IMG/VR virus record: IMGVR_UViG_3300005512_000035
Location: 1 to 58,948 of that record
Origin: a virus
Taxonomy: Duplodnaviria; Caudoviricetes
Direction: 5' to 3' (one strand)
DNA: 58,948 nt
Positions 47,520 to 56,951 of this stretch are shown in pieces. Numbering within the stretch: position 1 is the first letter of the stretch; each line of letters starts with the position of its first letter. Under the pieces are notes generated by a model. That model was not told the origin of the DNA, made no database searches, and saw only the letters and a list, made by a program, of their open reading frames with translations. Made by a program: the position numbers and the translations under genes.

Positions 47520-47792
47520 ATGGCCGGATCTGATGTTCGTTCTAAGCGTTTGACTGCCACTGGCTCTGCCGCTGTTGGTCCTGCGCGTATTCGTCAGATA
47601 CAGGTTCTAACCACGACAGGTTCACCTCGCCTTACTATCACAGATGGTAATGGCGGGGCTACTGTTTTGGATTTAGATTTCCTTGCATCCGACTCCCACT
47701 CTGTCAATATTCCCGCTGAAGGTATTCGTGTAGAAGACATTTATGTTTCTGCCTTTACTAACATTACGGCGATGACAGTGTTCTATAACTAA
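47520..47792 (+). CDS. Small virion protein
   Basis: GGAGG RBS; beta-rich. Confidence 0.65.
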   Translation: MAGSDVRSKRLTATGSAAVGPARIRQIQVLTTTGSPRLTITDGNGGATVLDLDFLASDSHSVNIPAEGIRVEDIYVSAFTNITAMTVFYN

Positions 47793-47804
47793 CAGGAGAC
47801 TCAA

Positions 47805-48551
47805 ATGGCTCGTGAAGTAAGTTCTATCTCAAGGGTAGGTACATCAGAGCCGTTTGAGCTTCAGGTTTCTCGTGGGCAGATTGCTTACCATACGCCTCTT
47901 TTTAAATACGGGTACAATCCCTTAATTATCAATGTGAATGAAACAATATGGGACGTAGGCGGTCTGTACTCGTACCCATCTTCTGCGGTTGCTATGACAG
48001 CGACAAGCGCAAGTGGTGCAACAGATTCTGGCGTAAAGGTTTTAATTAGCGGTTTAGATGCTAACTATGAAGAGCTAGAAGAAGAGGTCACACTTAATGC
48101 AAGTGGTACAGCCACTACGACAGGTTTGTTCCTAAGAGTTTTTAGGGCGTATGTCAGTGGCGCAACTGCTCCTGCAGGCAATGTAAACATTGCTAATGGC
48201 GGCACAACGTATGCTCGTGTTACAGCAGACGAAAACCAAACCCTTATGGCTGTGTATACGGTTCCCGTAGGTCAAACCTTGTACGTCACACAAGGTGTGG
48301 CAACACATGGTACAGACACTTCAGGCGCATACATAACAGTTCGTTTTATGGTTCGTCGTCCTGGGGGTGTTTTCCGCACCCAAGTTAAGGTCGATCTTGT
48401 CGGCTCAGAAATACTTTTCCCGTTCACACAACCTTTAAAAATCCCCGAAAAGTCAGATGTTGAAGTTCGTGCTATCTGTAGTAAAAACCAAAACAATGCG
48501 ATTTCGGCGGTGTTTGAGGGGATACTGATTAAAAACGGAGATGCTTTGTAA
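47805..48551 (+). CDS. Virion structural protein
   Basis: KYGYN...ETIWD.GG.Y...GLDANY...FLRVFR...QTLMAVYTVP...IPEKSD. Confidence 0.65.
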   Translation: MAREVSSISRVGTSEPFELQVSRGQIAYHTPLFKYGYNPLIINVNETIWDVGGLYSYPSSAVAMTATSASGATDSGVKVLISGLDANYEELEEEVTLNASGTATTTGLFLRVFRAYVSGATAPAGNVNIANGGTTYARVTADENQTLMAVYTVPVGQTLYVTQGVATHGTDTSGAYITVRFMVRRPGGVFRTQVKVDLVGSEILFPFTQPLKIPEKSDVEVRAICSKNQNNAISAVFEGILIKNGDAL

Positions 48552-48835
48552 TGGCTTCAACCAAAAACGTAAAGCGAACGCCTAGCGGGAGGTTACAGTA
48601 CAGGGGAGAAACTTTCAGTGGCTATAATAAACCCAAGCGTACTCCAAACGGTCCCAAAAAGTCAGCAGTCCTTGCTAAAAAAGGCGACCAAGTCAAGCTC
48701 GTTCGGTTTGGTGACCCTAATATGTCTATTAAAAAAGATCAGCCCGCGAGACGTAAGTCGTTTAGGGCTAGGCACAACTGCTCAACCGCTAAAGATAAGT
48801 TCAGTGCGCGGTACTGGTCTTGTAAGGCATGGTGA
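48551..48835 (+). CDS. Small basic conserved phage protein
   Basis: K.VRFGD.NM...RRKSFRARHNC...K.SARYWSCKAW. Confidence 0.75.
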   Translation: MASTKNVKRTPSGRLQYRGETFSGYNKPKRTPNGPKKSAVLAKKGDQVKLVRFGDPNMSIKKDQPARRKSFRARHNCSTAKDKFSARYWSCKAW

Positions 48836-48845
48836 GGTGAAATTC

Positions 48846-49067
48846 ATGGCCGATAAAGACTTACATGATCTGGAAATTGAGTTTACAGAGTGGAAAACAC
48901 AACAAAAGCACATCATGAGCAAAGTAGATGAGTTGCACAGTGATATGACAGATGTCAAAAAAGCTGTTTTCCAAGCTAAGTGGATGTTGGCGGGTGCGCT
49001 CGTGCTTGCAGGTGTTCTTAGTAGTGATAATTTAGTTGAAATTATTTCACATATTGGCAGTAAGTAA
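48846..49067 (+). CDS. Coiled-coil + transmembrane protein
   Basis: GAGGTG RBS; C-terminal hydrophobic helix. Confidence 0.55.
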   Translation: MADKDLHDLEIEFTEWKTQQKHIMSKVDELHSDMTDVKKAVFQAKWMLAGALVLAGVLSSDNLVEIISHIGSK

Positions 49068-49339
49068 TGGCGATTACTCGATCTCAAACACGCAAGCAGG
49101 TGACTAAAGCACCCTCTACTAAGAGGAAAAAAGCCAAAGTTCCTGCAAAATACCTAGCAGGATTAAGTCCTGCGGAAAAGGCCAAGCGTAAAAAAGAGAT
49201 TGAGCGTAACCGTAAGAAAAAAGATGACGACCCTTCGGCGTATAAGTTCAAAACAGACTTTACGGCGAGCGGAAAAAGACGCAAGACTAAAGAGTCTAAG
49301 TACACCAAGAAGTTTAAGAAAACGTATGGGAGAGCTTGA
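49067..49339 (+). CDS. Very basic small protein
   Basis: Lys/Arg-rich; VPAKYLAGLS...TKESKYT.KF...YG. Confidence 0.65.
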   Translation: MAITRSQTRKQVTKAPSTKRKKAKVPAKYLAGLSPAEKAKRKKEIERNRKKKDDDPSAYKFKTDFTASGKRRKTKESKYTKKFKKTYGRA

Positions 49340-49596
49340 TGGCACTAAGTGAAAGCGTAAAGAAAGCTCTAGCAAACAAGGCCGAAGCCGCTCGTAAAAA
49401 GGGCAAAAAGGTAACTGCGGGTCAATTGGCTCAGGTTTATCGTAAAGGGCTTGCGGCATACAAGACTGGGCATCGTCCAGGGACTACGCCAAACCAATGG
49501 GCAATGGCGCGAGTAAACAGTGTACTGACTGGTGGTAAAGCCGCTAAAGTTGATGCACATATCATGAAACCCAAAAAGCGGAGTGCAAAATCATGA
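49339..49596 (+). CDS. Basic small protein (DUF5824-like)
   Basis: L.QVY.KGLAAY.TGHRPG.T..QWAMARVNS. Confidence 0.7.
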   Translation: MALSESVKKALANKAEAARKKGKKVTAGQLAQVYRKGLAAYKTGHRPGTTPNQWAMARVNSVLTGGKAAKVDAHIMKPKKRSAKS

Positions 49597-49754
49597 AGAA
49601 TATGAAAGAAATGGACGAAATGAAAGAAAACAAAGGTCGCGCAAAGAAAATGGGCGGCGGTATGATGATGGGTCGTAAGAAAATGTCTTATGGTGGCTCA
49701 GCGCGTAAGAAAATGAAAAACGGTGGCAAAATGGTCAAAGGACCTTGCTCATAA
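49593..49754 (+). CDS. Met/Lys/Gly-rich peptide
   Basis: ATGA overlap; KKMGGG, KKMSYGG, KKMKNGG repeats; not in the ORF track. Confidence 0.55.
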   Translation: MKNMKEMDEMKENKGRAKKMGGGMMMGRKKMSYGGSARKKMKNGGKMVKGPCS

Positions 49755-49765
49755 GGGGTTAATTC

Positions 49766-50455
49766 ATGGCGACTTCTGGCTCTAAAGATTTTGAACTTGA
49801 TGTAGCTGACTACATCGAGGAAGCGTTTGAGCGTTGCGGCTCTGAGGTGCGTACTGGTTACGACCTTAAAACCGCAAAGAGGTCGCTTAACCTGCTTTTG
49901 GCAGACTGGGCTAACCGAGGTTTAAACCGTTGGACAATCGAGCAAACATCAACGGCACTCACTGCGGGTACAGCAAATTATGCCTTGGGTGCAGATACGA
50001 TTGATGTGTTGAGTGCGGTTATTCGTACAAATGCGGGACAGTCTAACCAGTCAGACATTATTTTGACTCGTGTGAGTAGGGACGCTTATATCAATATCCC
50101 TAGCAAAAACACACAGGCTCGTCCTACACAATATTATATGGATCGGCAGATTAACCCAGAAATCAAGTTATGGCCTACTCCAGACAGTGCGACGACGTAC
50201 ACTTTAGTGTACGACAGACTTGTGCGTATGGACGACGCTGATGTTCAAACTAACACCTTGGATCTGCCTTTTCGCTTTTATCCCTGTCTTGCGGCGGGGT
50301 TGGCGTATTATCTGGCGATGAAAAAAGCACCAGATCGTATCCAAATTTTGAAGGCGGTGTACGAAGAAGAGTTTGAGCGGGCGGCGGCAGAAGACCGTGA
50401 CCGTGCGAGCTTGAGCCTTACACCAAGTAGGGACTATTACACGTTTATCTCATGA
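49766..50455 (+). CDS. Head-tail adaptor / tail tubular protein A-like
   Basis: IEEAFERCG...A.RSLNL..ADWANRG.N.W...GLAYY. Confidence 0.7.
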   Translation: MATSGSKDFELDVADYIEEAFERCGSEVRTGYDLKTAKRSLNLLLADWANRGLNRWTIEQTSTALTAGTANYALGADTIDVLSAVIRTNAGQSNQSDIILTRVSRDAYINIPSKNTQARPTQYYMDRQINPEIKLWPTPDSATTYTLVYDRLVRMDDADVQTNTLDLPFRFYPCLAAGLAYYLAMKKAPDRIQILKAVYEEEFERAAAEDRDRASLSLTPSRDYYTFIS

Positions 50456-50748
50456 AGTATGCGATCGGGAAACATTCACTTGCGATATGCGACCGTTGCG
50501 GTTTTGAGTACCGCTACCTAGAACTACGCAAAGAATGGAACGGTTTAAGGGTTTGCCAAGAGTGCTACGAACCAAAGCACCCTCAGCTAGAGCCTAGCCC
50601 ACCACCGTTTGAGCCTCAGGCGTTGTATGACCCACGCCCTGCTAGAGTTGAGCCAATGGTTGTGGCTGTTGGCGAAAATGTGTTTAATGAAAGTAAGCCA
50701 TTACAAGCGATCACGCAGGTAGGGCTAGTTACAGTGGTGATCTCATGA
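50452..50748 (+). CDS. Small Zn-finger virion-module protein
   Basis: CDRCGF...EWNG..VC.EC.EPKHPQL. Confidence 0.7.
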   Translation: MKYAIGKHSLAICDRCGFEYRYLELRKEWNGLRVCQECYEPKHPQLEPSPPPFEPQALYDPRPARVEPMVVAVGENVFNESKPLQAITQVGLVTVVIS

Positions 50749-51392
50749 GCTATACCTTGACCGAATTAAAACAGGCGATACAAGACTACTGTGAGAATAC
50801 AGAGACCACGTTTGTAAACAACCTAAATAATTTTATTCAGTCTGCCGAACAACGTATTTTTACTACGGTTGATCTAGAGTATTTCCGCCGTAACCAGACA
50901 GCTACCATGACCACAGGTAATCAGTATCTTAACTGTCCTGCGGACTATCTGGCTTCTTTTAGTTTGTCTATTACGGTGTCTGGCGACAAGCAGTTCTTAT
51001 TGCAGAAAGACGTGAACTTTTGCCAAGAGTTTGCTCCTGATGCAACCGTCACAGGTGTACCTAGATACTATGCGCGGTTTGACACGACCAACTTTATTGT
51101 TGCACCTACACCAGATGCAGATTATGCGGTAGAGCTACACTACTATTATCGCCCATCTAGCTTGACTGCGGCAGGTGGTTCAGGTACTACATGGCTGAGT
51201 GAAAATGCTCCTAACGCTATGCTGTACGGAAGTCTTGTTGAAGCATATACTTTTATGAAAGGCGAAAAAGATCTGATGGATCTGTACAATGGTCGGTTTA
51301 TAGAGGCTATTGGTCGCATTAAAGACTTGGCGGAGGCGCGTGAAAACGCTGATGCTTACCGTCGTGGATTACCAGAAAGGCCAAGAACTTAA
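50745..51392 (+). CDS. Head-tail adaptor protein
   Basis: ELKQAIQDY.EN...AE.RI...G.PRYY...APTPD..Y...LYGSLVEAY. Confidence 0.7.
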   Translation: MSYTLTELKQAIQDYCENTETTFVNNLNNFIQSAEQRIFTTVDLEYFRRNQTATMTTGNQYLNCPADYLASFSLSITVSGDKQFLLQKDVNFCQEFAPDATVTGVPRYYARFDTTNFIVAPTPDADYAVELHYYYRPSSLTAAGGSGTTWLSENAPNAMLYGSLVEAYTFMKGEKDLMDLYNGRFIEAIGRIKDLAEARENADAYRRGLPERPRT

Positions 51393-51685
51393 TGTTTGAG
51401 TTAAAACTAGAAGTTCCACAAGAACCCTTTGTGGTTGTTGAAACAACAGAAGGGCGTGGTTTTACGCCTGAAGAAGTTGCTGAACGTTGTGTTCGCAAGA
51501 TTGTATCTGTCTCAGATTCTGCTCATCCAGGAATCCGAGATCAGGCAAACGCTTTCAAAGCTCACATTGAAAAAGTGGTTGCTTTTTATATGAGGGAGGC
51601 TATTCGTAGTGACAGAACTACTGTATATAACGCCCTCAAGGATGCAGGTCAACCAGAACTCGCCGAACTCATAAGGAGACTTTGA
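51392..51685 (+). CDS. Hypothetical protein
   Basis: TT.GRG.TPEE.A...I.DQA.AF motif. Confidence 0.65.
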   Translation: MFELKLEVPQEPFVVVETTEGRGFTPEEVAERCVRKIVSVSDSAHPGIRDQANAFKAHIEKVVAFYMREAIRSDRTTVYNALKDAGQPELAELIRRL

Positions 51686-51686
51686 T

Positions 51687-52127
51687 ATGGCAATTACACA
51701 AGCAATGTGTACTTCTTTCAAGCAAGAGTTGCTTGAAGGACAGCACGATTTCCGTACATCAGGCCACACTTTTAATGTCGCGTTGTATACAAGCTCCGCA
51801 ACTTTAGGTGCTTCTACAACCGATTATACAACTTCTAATGAAGTTAGTGGTACAGGTTACTCAGCAGGTGGTCAAGCACTGACCAACGTCAACCCGACTA
51901 CAAGTAGCACGACAGCGTTTACCGATTTTGCGGATGAGACATTTACCACGGCTACTATTACTGCTCGCGGTGCGTTGATCTATAACACCACAACAGGTGG
52001 TGGATCAGGCACTACAGATTCAGTGATTGTCCTCGACTTTGGCAGTGATAAAACATCAACAGCAGGTGATTTTACTATCCAGTTCCCAACTGCTGACGCT
52101 TCTAACGCTATTATTCGAATAGCTTAA
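51687..52127 (+). CDS. Virion/tail structural protein
   Basis: MAITQAMCTSFK.ELL...ALYTS.A...GY.AGG..L...ARGALIYN...LDFG.DK. Confidence 0.7.
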   Translation: MAITQAMCTSFKQELLEGQHDFRTSGHTFNVALYTSSATLGASTTDYTTSNEVSGTGYSAGGQALTNVNPTTSSTTAFTDFADETFTTATITARGALIYNTTTGGGSGTTDSVIVLDFGSDKTSTAGDFTIQFPTADASNAIIRIA

Positions 52128-52142
52128 CGGGAGTAACCCGTT

Positions 52143-53039
52143 ATGGCGAACATTACTGGATGGGGTAGAGGCACATGGAGTGAAGGTGCATGGAACGAAG
52201 GCGTTCCTGTTGTACTCACTGGTGTTTCAGCTACTGGTAATGTTGGCAGTGTCACTGTTGATGCCGCCGCTAATGTTCCTACAACGGGTATTGCCGCGAC
52301 AACAGGTGTTGGCTCAGTTACTGTCTCCGCTGATGCTAATACCTCTGTTACAGGACAAGTAGGCACAGGCGCGACAGGCTCCGTTTCCGTTACGGGAACA
52401 GCTAATGTTTCAGCTACTGGTTCTGCCGCAACAGGTTCTGCAGGCTCTGTTGATGTATCAGCAGATGCCAATGCTCCTGCTACAGGAATTACTGCCACAG
52501 GTAATGTAGGCAGTGTTCTCGTTTCTGCTGACGCGAATGTTAATGTTACTAGTCCCGCGCTTACAGCGTCGATCGGTTCTGTTGATATTATTGCCGATGC
52601 AAACGTCCCAGCCACAGGAATAGATGCCACTGGCTTAGTAGGCTCTGTTACAATCAATGCTGATGCCAATGTCAGCGTTACCGGTGAGTCTGCCACGGCT
52701 GACGTAGGCACTATCACTACAACGGCAGATGCCAATGTATTCCCAACAGGAGCGGTTGCAACTGGAGAAATAGGAACGGCAACGATTAGCGGTGATGCTA
52801 ATGTTCCAACAACGGGATTGTCAACAACAGGTCAAACTGGTACTGTGACGGTAGTTGCTGAGGCCACTGTTCTTCCAACAGGAGTTTCAGCCACGGGTCA
52901 AACTGGTACGGTGTTCGTTTGGAGTCAGATAGATCCAAACCAGAACCCTAACTGGTCTGGTATATCACCCGCGCAGAGTCCAGGTTGGTCTTCTGTAACA
53001 CCATCGCAAACACCTAATTGGGACGAAATTGCGGCGTAG
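52143..53039 (+). CDS. Repetitive tail-fibre shaft protein
   Basis: About 23-aa tandem repeats (ATG.VG.V.V.ADANV..TG); Trp-Gly N-terminus. Confidence 0.7.
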   Translation: MANITGWGRGTWSEGAWNEGVPVVLTGVSATGNVGSVTVDAAANVPTTGIAATTGVGSVTVSADANTSVTGQVGTGATGSVSVTGTANVSATGSAATGSAGSVDVSADANAPATGITATGNVGSVLVSADANVNVTSPALTASIGSVDIIADANVPATGIDATGLVGSVTINADANVSVTGESATADVGTITTTADANVFPTGAVATGEIGTATISGDANVPTTGLSTTGQTGTVTVVAEATVLPTGVSATGQTGTVFVWSQIDPNQNPNWSGISPAQSPGWSSVTPSQTPNWDEIAA

Positions 53040-53048
53040 GAGTGATAA

Positions 53049-53657
53049 ATGCCAAGTACCTTTACTACAAACTTAGCGATAGAAAAACCCGCCACGGGTG
53101 AACAGTCAGGTAGTTGGGGGGATACCACCAACTTTAACTTTGACATTTTTGATCGCTTGGCAGGCTATAAGTCTGTTACCCTTTCTAGCACTACTTCCAC
53201 ACTTGATGTACGCCCTAGCTCACCTAGTTCCGGTGCAAGCAATGTAGAAGATGGCATGTTCCGCGCCATTAAGTTTGTAGATGGCGGGGATTTAGGCGGC
53301 ACGGTTACTCTTACTGTTGGTCCTAACACTTCTTCTGTGTTTTTCTTGTTTGAAAACGGGTTGTCTGGTGGCCGTGATATTACAGTTACTCAAGGTAGTG
53401 GCAGTAATGTCACCGTAGTAAACGGGCAAACAGCGATTGTTTATTGTGATGGAGCAGGCTCTGGTGCGGCGGTTGTAAGTATTAGTGACAACTTATCTAT
53501 GAGTAATGCTAGTATTACAGGCGGTAGTGTAACGGGCATCACTGACTTGGCTGTTGCAGATGGTGGAACTGGTGCGTCTACTGCATCGGCGGCTTTAACA
53601 AATCTAGGTGCTGAACCTGCGGGAACGGCGGTCGCACTGGCAATCGCATTGGGGTAA
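53049..53657 (+). CDS. Tail fibre N-terminal/anchor protein
   Basis: TGEQSG.WG..TN.N; LAVADGGTGAS; ends ALAIALG. Confidence 0.7.
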   Translation: MPSTFTTNLAIEKPATGEQSGSWGDTTNFNFDIFDRLAGYKSVTLSSTTSTLDVRPSSPSSGASNVEDGMFRAIKFVDGGDLGGTVTLTVGPNTSSVFFLFENGLSGGRDITVTQGSGSNVTVVNGQTAIVYCDGAGSGAAVVSISDNLSMSNASITGGSVTGITDLAVADGGTGASTASAALTNLGAEPAGTAVALAIALG

Positions 53658-53660
53658 AAC

Positions 53661-53993
53661 ATGGCAAACACTTTTACTAGAAAACTTTCGCGGAGTATCG
53701 GCACTTCCCTCACATCAGTAGGGTCATATACGGTTGGTGCTTCTACACAGACAACGGTTATTGGCTTGACGCTTTCTAACCGCACAGCGTCACAGGTTCT
53801 TGCTGACGTTACACTCAACGATGGATCAAACGACACCTACATGGTAAAAGATGCCCCGATTCCTGCGGGTTCTTCTTTGGTGGTGGTTGGTGGAGACCAA
53901 AAGGTTGTGTTGGTCACCAATGATAGTATTAAGGTTAAGTCAGACACTGCATCATCAATTGATGCGATTATGTCAATCTTGGAGATCACCTAA
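53661..53993 (+). CDS. Small tail protein
   Basis: MANTF...S.LEIT family. Confidence 0.7.
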   Translation: MANTFTRKLSRSIGTSLTSVGSYTVGASTQTTVIGLTLSNRTASQVLADVTLNDGSNDTYMVKDAPIPAGSSLVVVGGDQKVVLVTNDSIKVKSDTASSIDAIMSILEIT

Positions 53994-55090
53994 TGTCCTT
54001 CATAGGTAACGTCCCCGCAGAAGCCTACTCACCGGTTGCTAAAGACACATTCTCTGGCAACGACTCGACTACGGACTTCACGCTGTCAATTCCTGCGACC
54101 ACTAACTCTGTGGAAGTCTTTGTTGAGAACGTGCAACAGGAACCCACAACTGCTTACACCATCTCAGGCACGACGCTGTCTTTCACAGCGGCTCCTGTCA
54201 CAGGAACCAACAACATCTACGTGATTCACCGTGGTCCTGCGGTACAGCAGATTGTGCCTCCGGCGGGGGTAGCCATTGATGCGTCCACGATCACCGGTAC
54301 TGGTGATATGAACATCGACAGCGGAACACTGTTTGTTGATGCGAGTGCTGATGCGGTGGGGATTGGGACAACGAGTCCAAATAGTCATTTGACAACACAA
54401 ACTGCATCTACTAGCACTAGTGCTTTTGATTTTGGCGTTCAAATCAATAATTCACACAGTTCTAATGACAGTATCGCCGCTCTTGGTTTTCACAATAGAG
54501 CAGATGTGAATGGCACTGGTGTTGGTGGCGCAATTGCTTTTGTTGGCGGTGGCGCAAGCGGTGGGTCTGGCAATATAACTTTTAATATCAAAGACGGAAC
54601 AAATATATCCAACGTGGTCGATGTTGCAGATGAAAAAATGCGCATCGACTCTGCAGGCCGTGTCACGATGCCGAATCAGCCTGCTTTCTTGGCGTATCTT
54701 ACAAGCAATGCCACTCAGCCAGGTGGCACAAATCTCATAGTAGGAACTTGGGGAACACTGCACAACAGAGGTGGATACTACAATACCTCTACTAAACGCT
54801 TTACTGCTCCGATTGACGGCTTATATGAGTTTACATTTAACTTAGGGAATACAGGAACAGGGGTAACTCTCTCATATGTTAGTGCCGAAATTGTGGTAAA
54901 TGGAAGTCGAAACGTATGTTGTTGGGGCGGTGGAACTTTTCCCGCTTACTTCAAAGTAAATACCAATCTAACCATAGAGTTATCAGCAAATGATTATGTA
55001 GAGGTTGGAACTGAAGTAAACACGAGCTTTGTGATGCAGGGTTCCGCTAGTGACCCGTACACTTATTTTACAGGTCGACTGGTAGGTTAA
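53993..55090 (+). CDS. Tail fibre with C1q-like tip
   Basis: MRIDSAGRVTMP.QPAF...N.G..YN....RFTAP..G.Y.F...L.ANDYV...F.G.L.G. Confidence 0.75.
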   Translation: MSFIGNVPAEAYSPVAKDTFSGNDSTTDFTLSIPATTNSVEVFVENVQQEPTTAYTISGTTLSFTAAPVTGTNNIYVIHRGPAVQQIVPPAGVAIDASTITGTGDMNIDSGTLFVDASADAVGIGTTSPNSHLTTQTASTSTSAFDFGVQINNSHSSNDSIAALGFHNRADVNGTGVGGAIAFVGGGASGGSGNITFNIKDGTNISNVVDVADEKMRIDSAGRVTMPNQPAFLAYLTSNATQPGGTNLIVGTWGTLHNRGGYYNTSTKRFTAPIDGLYEFTFNLGNTGTGVTLSYVSAEIVVNGSRNVCCWGGGTFPAYFKVNTNLTIELSANDYVEVGTEVNTSFVMQGSASDPYTYFTGRLVG

Positions 55091-55103
55091 GGAGAAAACA
55101 CAA

Positions 55104-55388
55104 ATGCCATCAATCACAGTACAACTCACAGATACACAACTTAAAGGTCTTGAGTATGCGGCAGTGTCTCCTCAAAACTGGGCAGACAATGCACTTACCA
55201 ACCGCGCAAGAATTGCCAATGATGAGATTGTAGACATTACAGTCAAACACTGCCTCGACAACGGTATCCAAGTTCCTGCAACTCGTGAAGAAGTTGTGGC
55301 ATATGCGTTTGACAACGACATCGTAAAGACTGCGGCTGTACGTCAAGCAGAGGCTGAAGCGGCTATGGCAGAACAACAAGGAAGCTAA
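55104..55388 (+). CDS. Tail-fibre-associated protein
   Basis: AAGGAG RBS; WADNA..NRAR.A.DEI. Confidence 0.65.
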   Translation: MPSITVQLTDTQLKGLEYAAVSPQNWADNALTNRARIANDEIVDITVKHCLDNGIQVPATREEVVAYAFDNDIVKTAAVRQAEAEAAMAEQQGS

Positions 55389-55389
55389 G

Positions 55390-56391
55390 ATGGCATACAT
55401 AGGCAAAGCACCGGGATTTGGCATTCGTAATCGGTATTACTATACCGCTACGGCAAGCCAGACATCGTTTAGTGGCGCAGATGACAATGGTCAGACGCTC
55501 GCCTATGCAGACTCCAAGTACCTTGATGTGTATTTGAATGGTGTGTTGCTCGTTGCAGGCACGGACTACACAGCCACGACCTTAACATCTGTCACGCTCA
55601 CCTCCGGTGCGGCGGCCGATGACATCATTGAGATTGTCGCCTATGACATCTTCTCGGTTGCGGATACGGTGTCAGCGGCGAATGGTGGTACATTCGCAGG
55701 TGTCGTTGCCTTCTCTGACGACATTAACGTAGACAGCGGCACACTGTTTGTTGATGCGAGTGAGAATCGTGTAGGGATTGGGACGGCTAGTCCATCTAAT
55801 CCACTCCACGTTTTGGCAACAGCCGCAGGGGAAACAACGGTCAAGATTGAATCAAACCAAGCAGGGGCGATGAATGTTGCGCTTGATGTTGACACGGATC
55901 GTGACTGTCTCCTTCAGTTCCAAGAGGCAGGGACAACCCGTTGGGACTTCCTGATGAACGGCTCTAGCGGAACAAACCCATTAAAGATTCGTGACGATGA
56001 CGGTACAACTCAGGGCGAGTTTGACCAGTCGGGTAACTTCAAGTTCAACTCCGGCTACGGCTCTGCCGTCACAGCGTATGGCTGTCGTGCGTGGGTGCAG
56101 ATTGACGGAGCGGCGGCCACACCTTCAATTTCGGGAAGCGGAAACGTGTCTAGCATTACCGATAACGGTACTGGACATTACACGGTGAACTTTACTACCT
56201 CAATGCCTGATAATAATTATTCTGCAACTGCTAATGCGACTAAAGGTGGTGGAACAGAAACTCAAAGTAATTCGTCAGGTGTTTTTTACAGGGAAGATAC
56301 AGTCCTTTCTGGATCAATTCAGATTTTTGTGATGACGTTTACTGGAACAAAAGTCGATAGAAACCGTGTCAGTGTTGCAGTATTCCGCTAG
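55390..56391 (+). CDS. Tail fibre protein
   Basis: MAYIG..P; DVYLNGV.L...DY; C-terminal RAWV...S.NVSSITDNGTG.Y.VNF...M...NY. Confidence 0.75.
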   Translation: MAYIGKAPGFGIRNRYYYTATASQTSFSGADDNGQTLAYADSKYLDVYLNGVLLVAGTDYTATTLTSVTLTSGAAADDIIEIVAYDIFSVADTVSAANGGTFAGVVAFSDDINVDSGTLFVDASENRVGIGTASPSNPLHVLATAAGETTVKIESNQAGAMNVALDVDTDRDCLLQFQEAGTTRWDFLMNGSSGTNPLKIRDDDGTTQGEFDQSGNFKFNSGYGSAVTAYGCRAWVQIDGAAATPSISGSGNVSSITDNGTGHYTVNFTTSMPDNNYSATANATKGGGTETQSNSSGVFYREDTVLSGSIQIFVMTFTGTKVDRNRVSVAVFR

Positions 56392-56400
56392 GAGAAAAAC

Positions 56401-56697
56401 ATGAACTGTATTATTTACAAAAACCAAGACAGTGAAATTGATAGTGAAGTTAGTATTCTGATTCCGACAGAGGAATGTTTGAAGTCTCACACCATCCAAG
56501 AAATCGCAGAGAAAGACGTACCGGCAGGAAAACCATACAAGATCGTCTCAGCCGATGACATTCCATCGGATCGCACATTCCGTAATGCGTGGGAAGTGGA
56601 CGAAGCTGACCTGACTGATGGCACTGGTGGCGAACACGATATGTTTATCACTGACCCACAGCATCCAGATTATGTAGCACCGGAGACAGCAGAATGA
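56401..56697 (+). CDS. Tail-fibre-associated protein
   Basis: IA.KDVPAG.PYKIV...DIPSDRTFRNAW. Confidence 0.7.
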   Translation: MNCIIYKNQDSEIDSEVSILIPTEECLKSHTIQEIAEKDVPAGKPYKIVSADDIPSDRTFRNAWEVDEADLTDGTGGEHDMFITDPQHPDYVAPETAE

Positions 56698-56951
56698 TTA
56701 CTGTCAATATGGACAAGGCACGAGACATAAAGAAAGACATGATCCGTGCAGAACGTAACCCTAAGCTAGCCGCACTGGACGTGGAGTTCATGCGAGCAGT
56801 TGAACAGGGCGACACAGAGTTACAGGCAACCATTGCGGCGAAGAAGCAAGCCTTGCGTGATGCGACAGATGATCCTGCAATTGCGGCGGCGACTACACCA
56901 GATGAATTGAAAGCTGTAGTGCCAACTGCATTACAAGGAGATGAGGCATGA
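56694..56951 (+). CDS. Tail fibre chaperone-like protein
   Basis: R.ER.P.L..LDV.F.RA.E...KQALRDA. Confidence 0.7.
   Translation: MITVNMDKARDIKKDMIRAERNPKLAALDVEFMRAVEQGDTELQATIAAKKQALRDATDDPAIAAATTPDELKAVVPTALQGDEA

Noticed and set aside
52124-52735. Long antisense ORFs (here and throughout the track)
   Set aside because: They shadow well-supported genes on the other strand and have no RBS or motifs.
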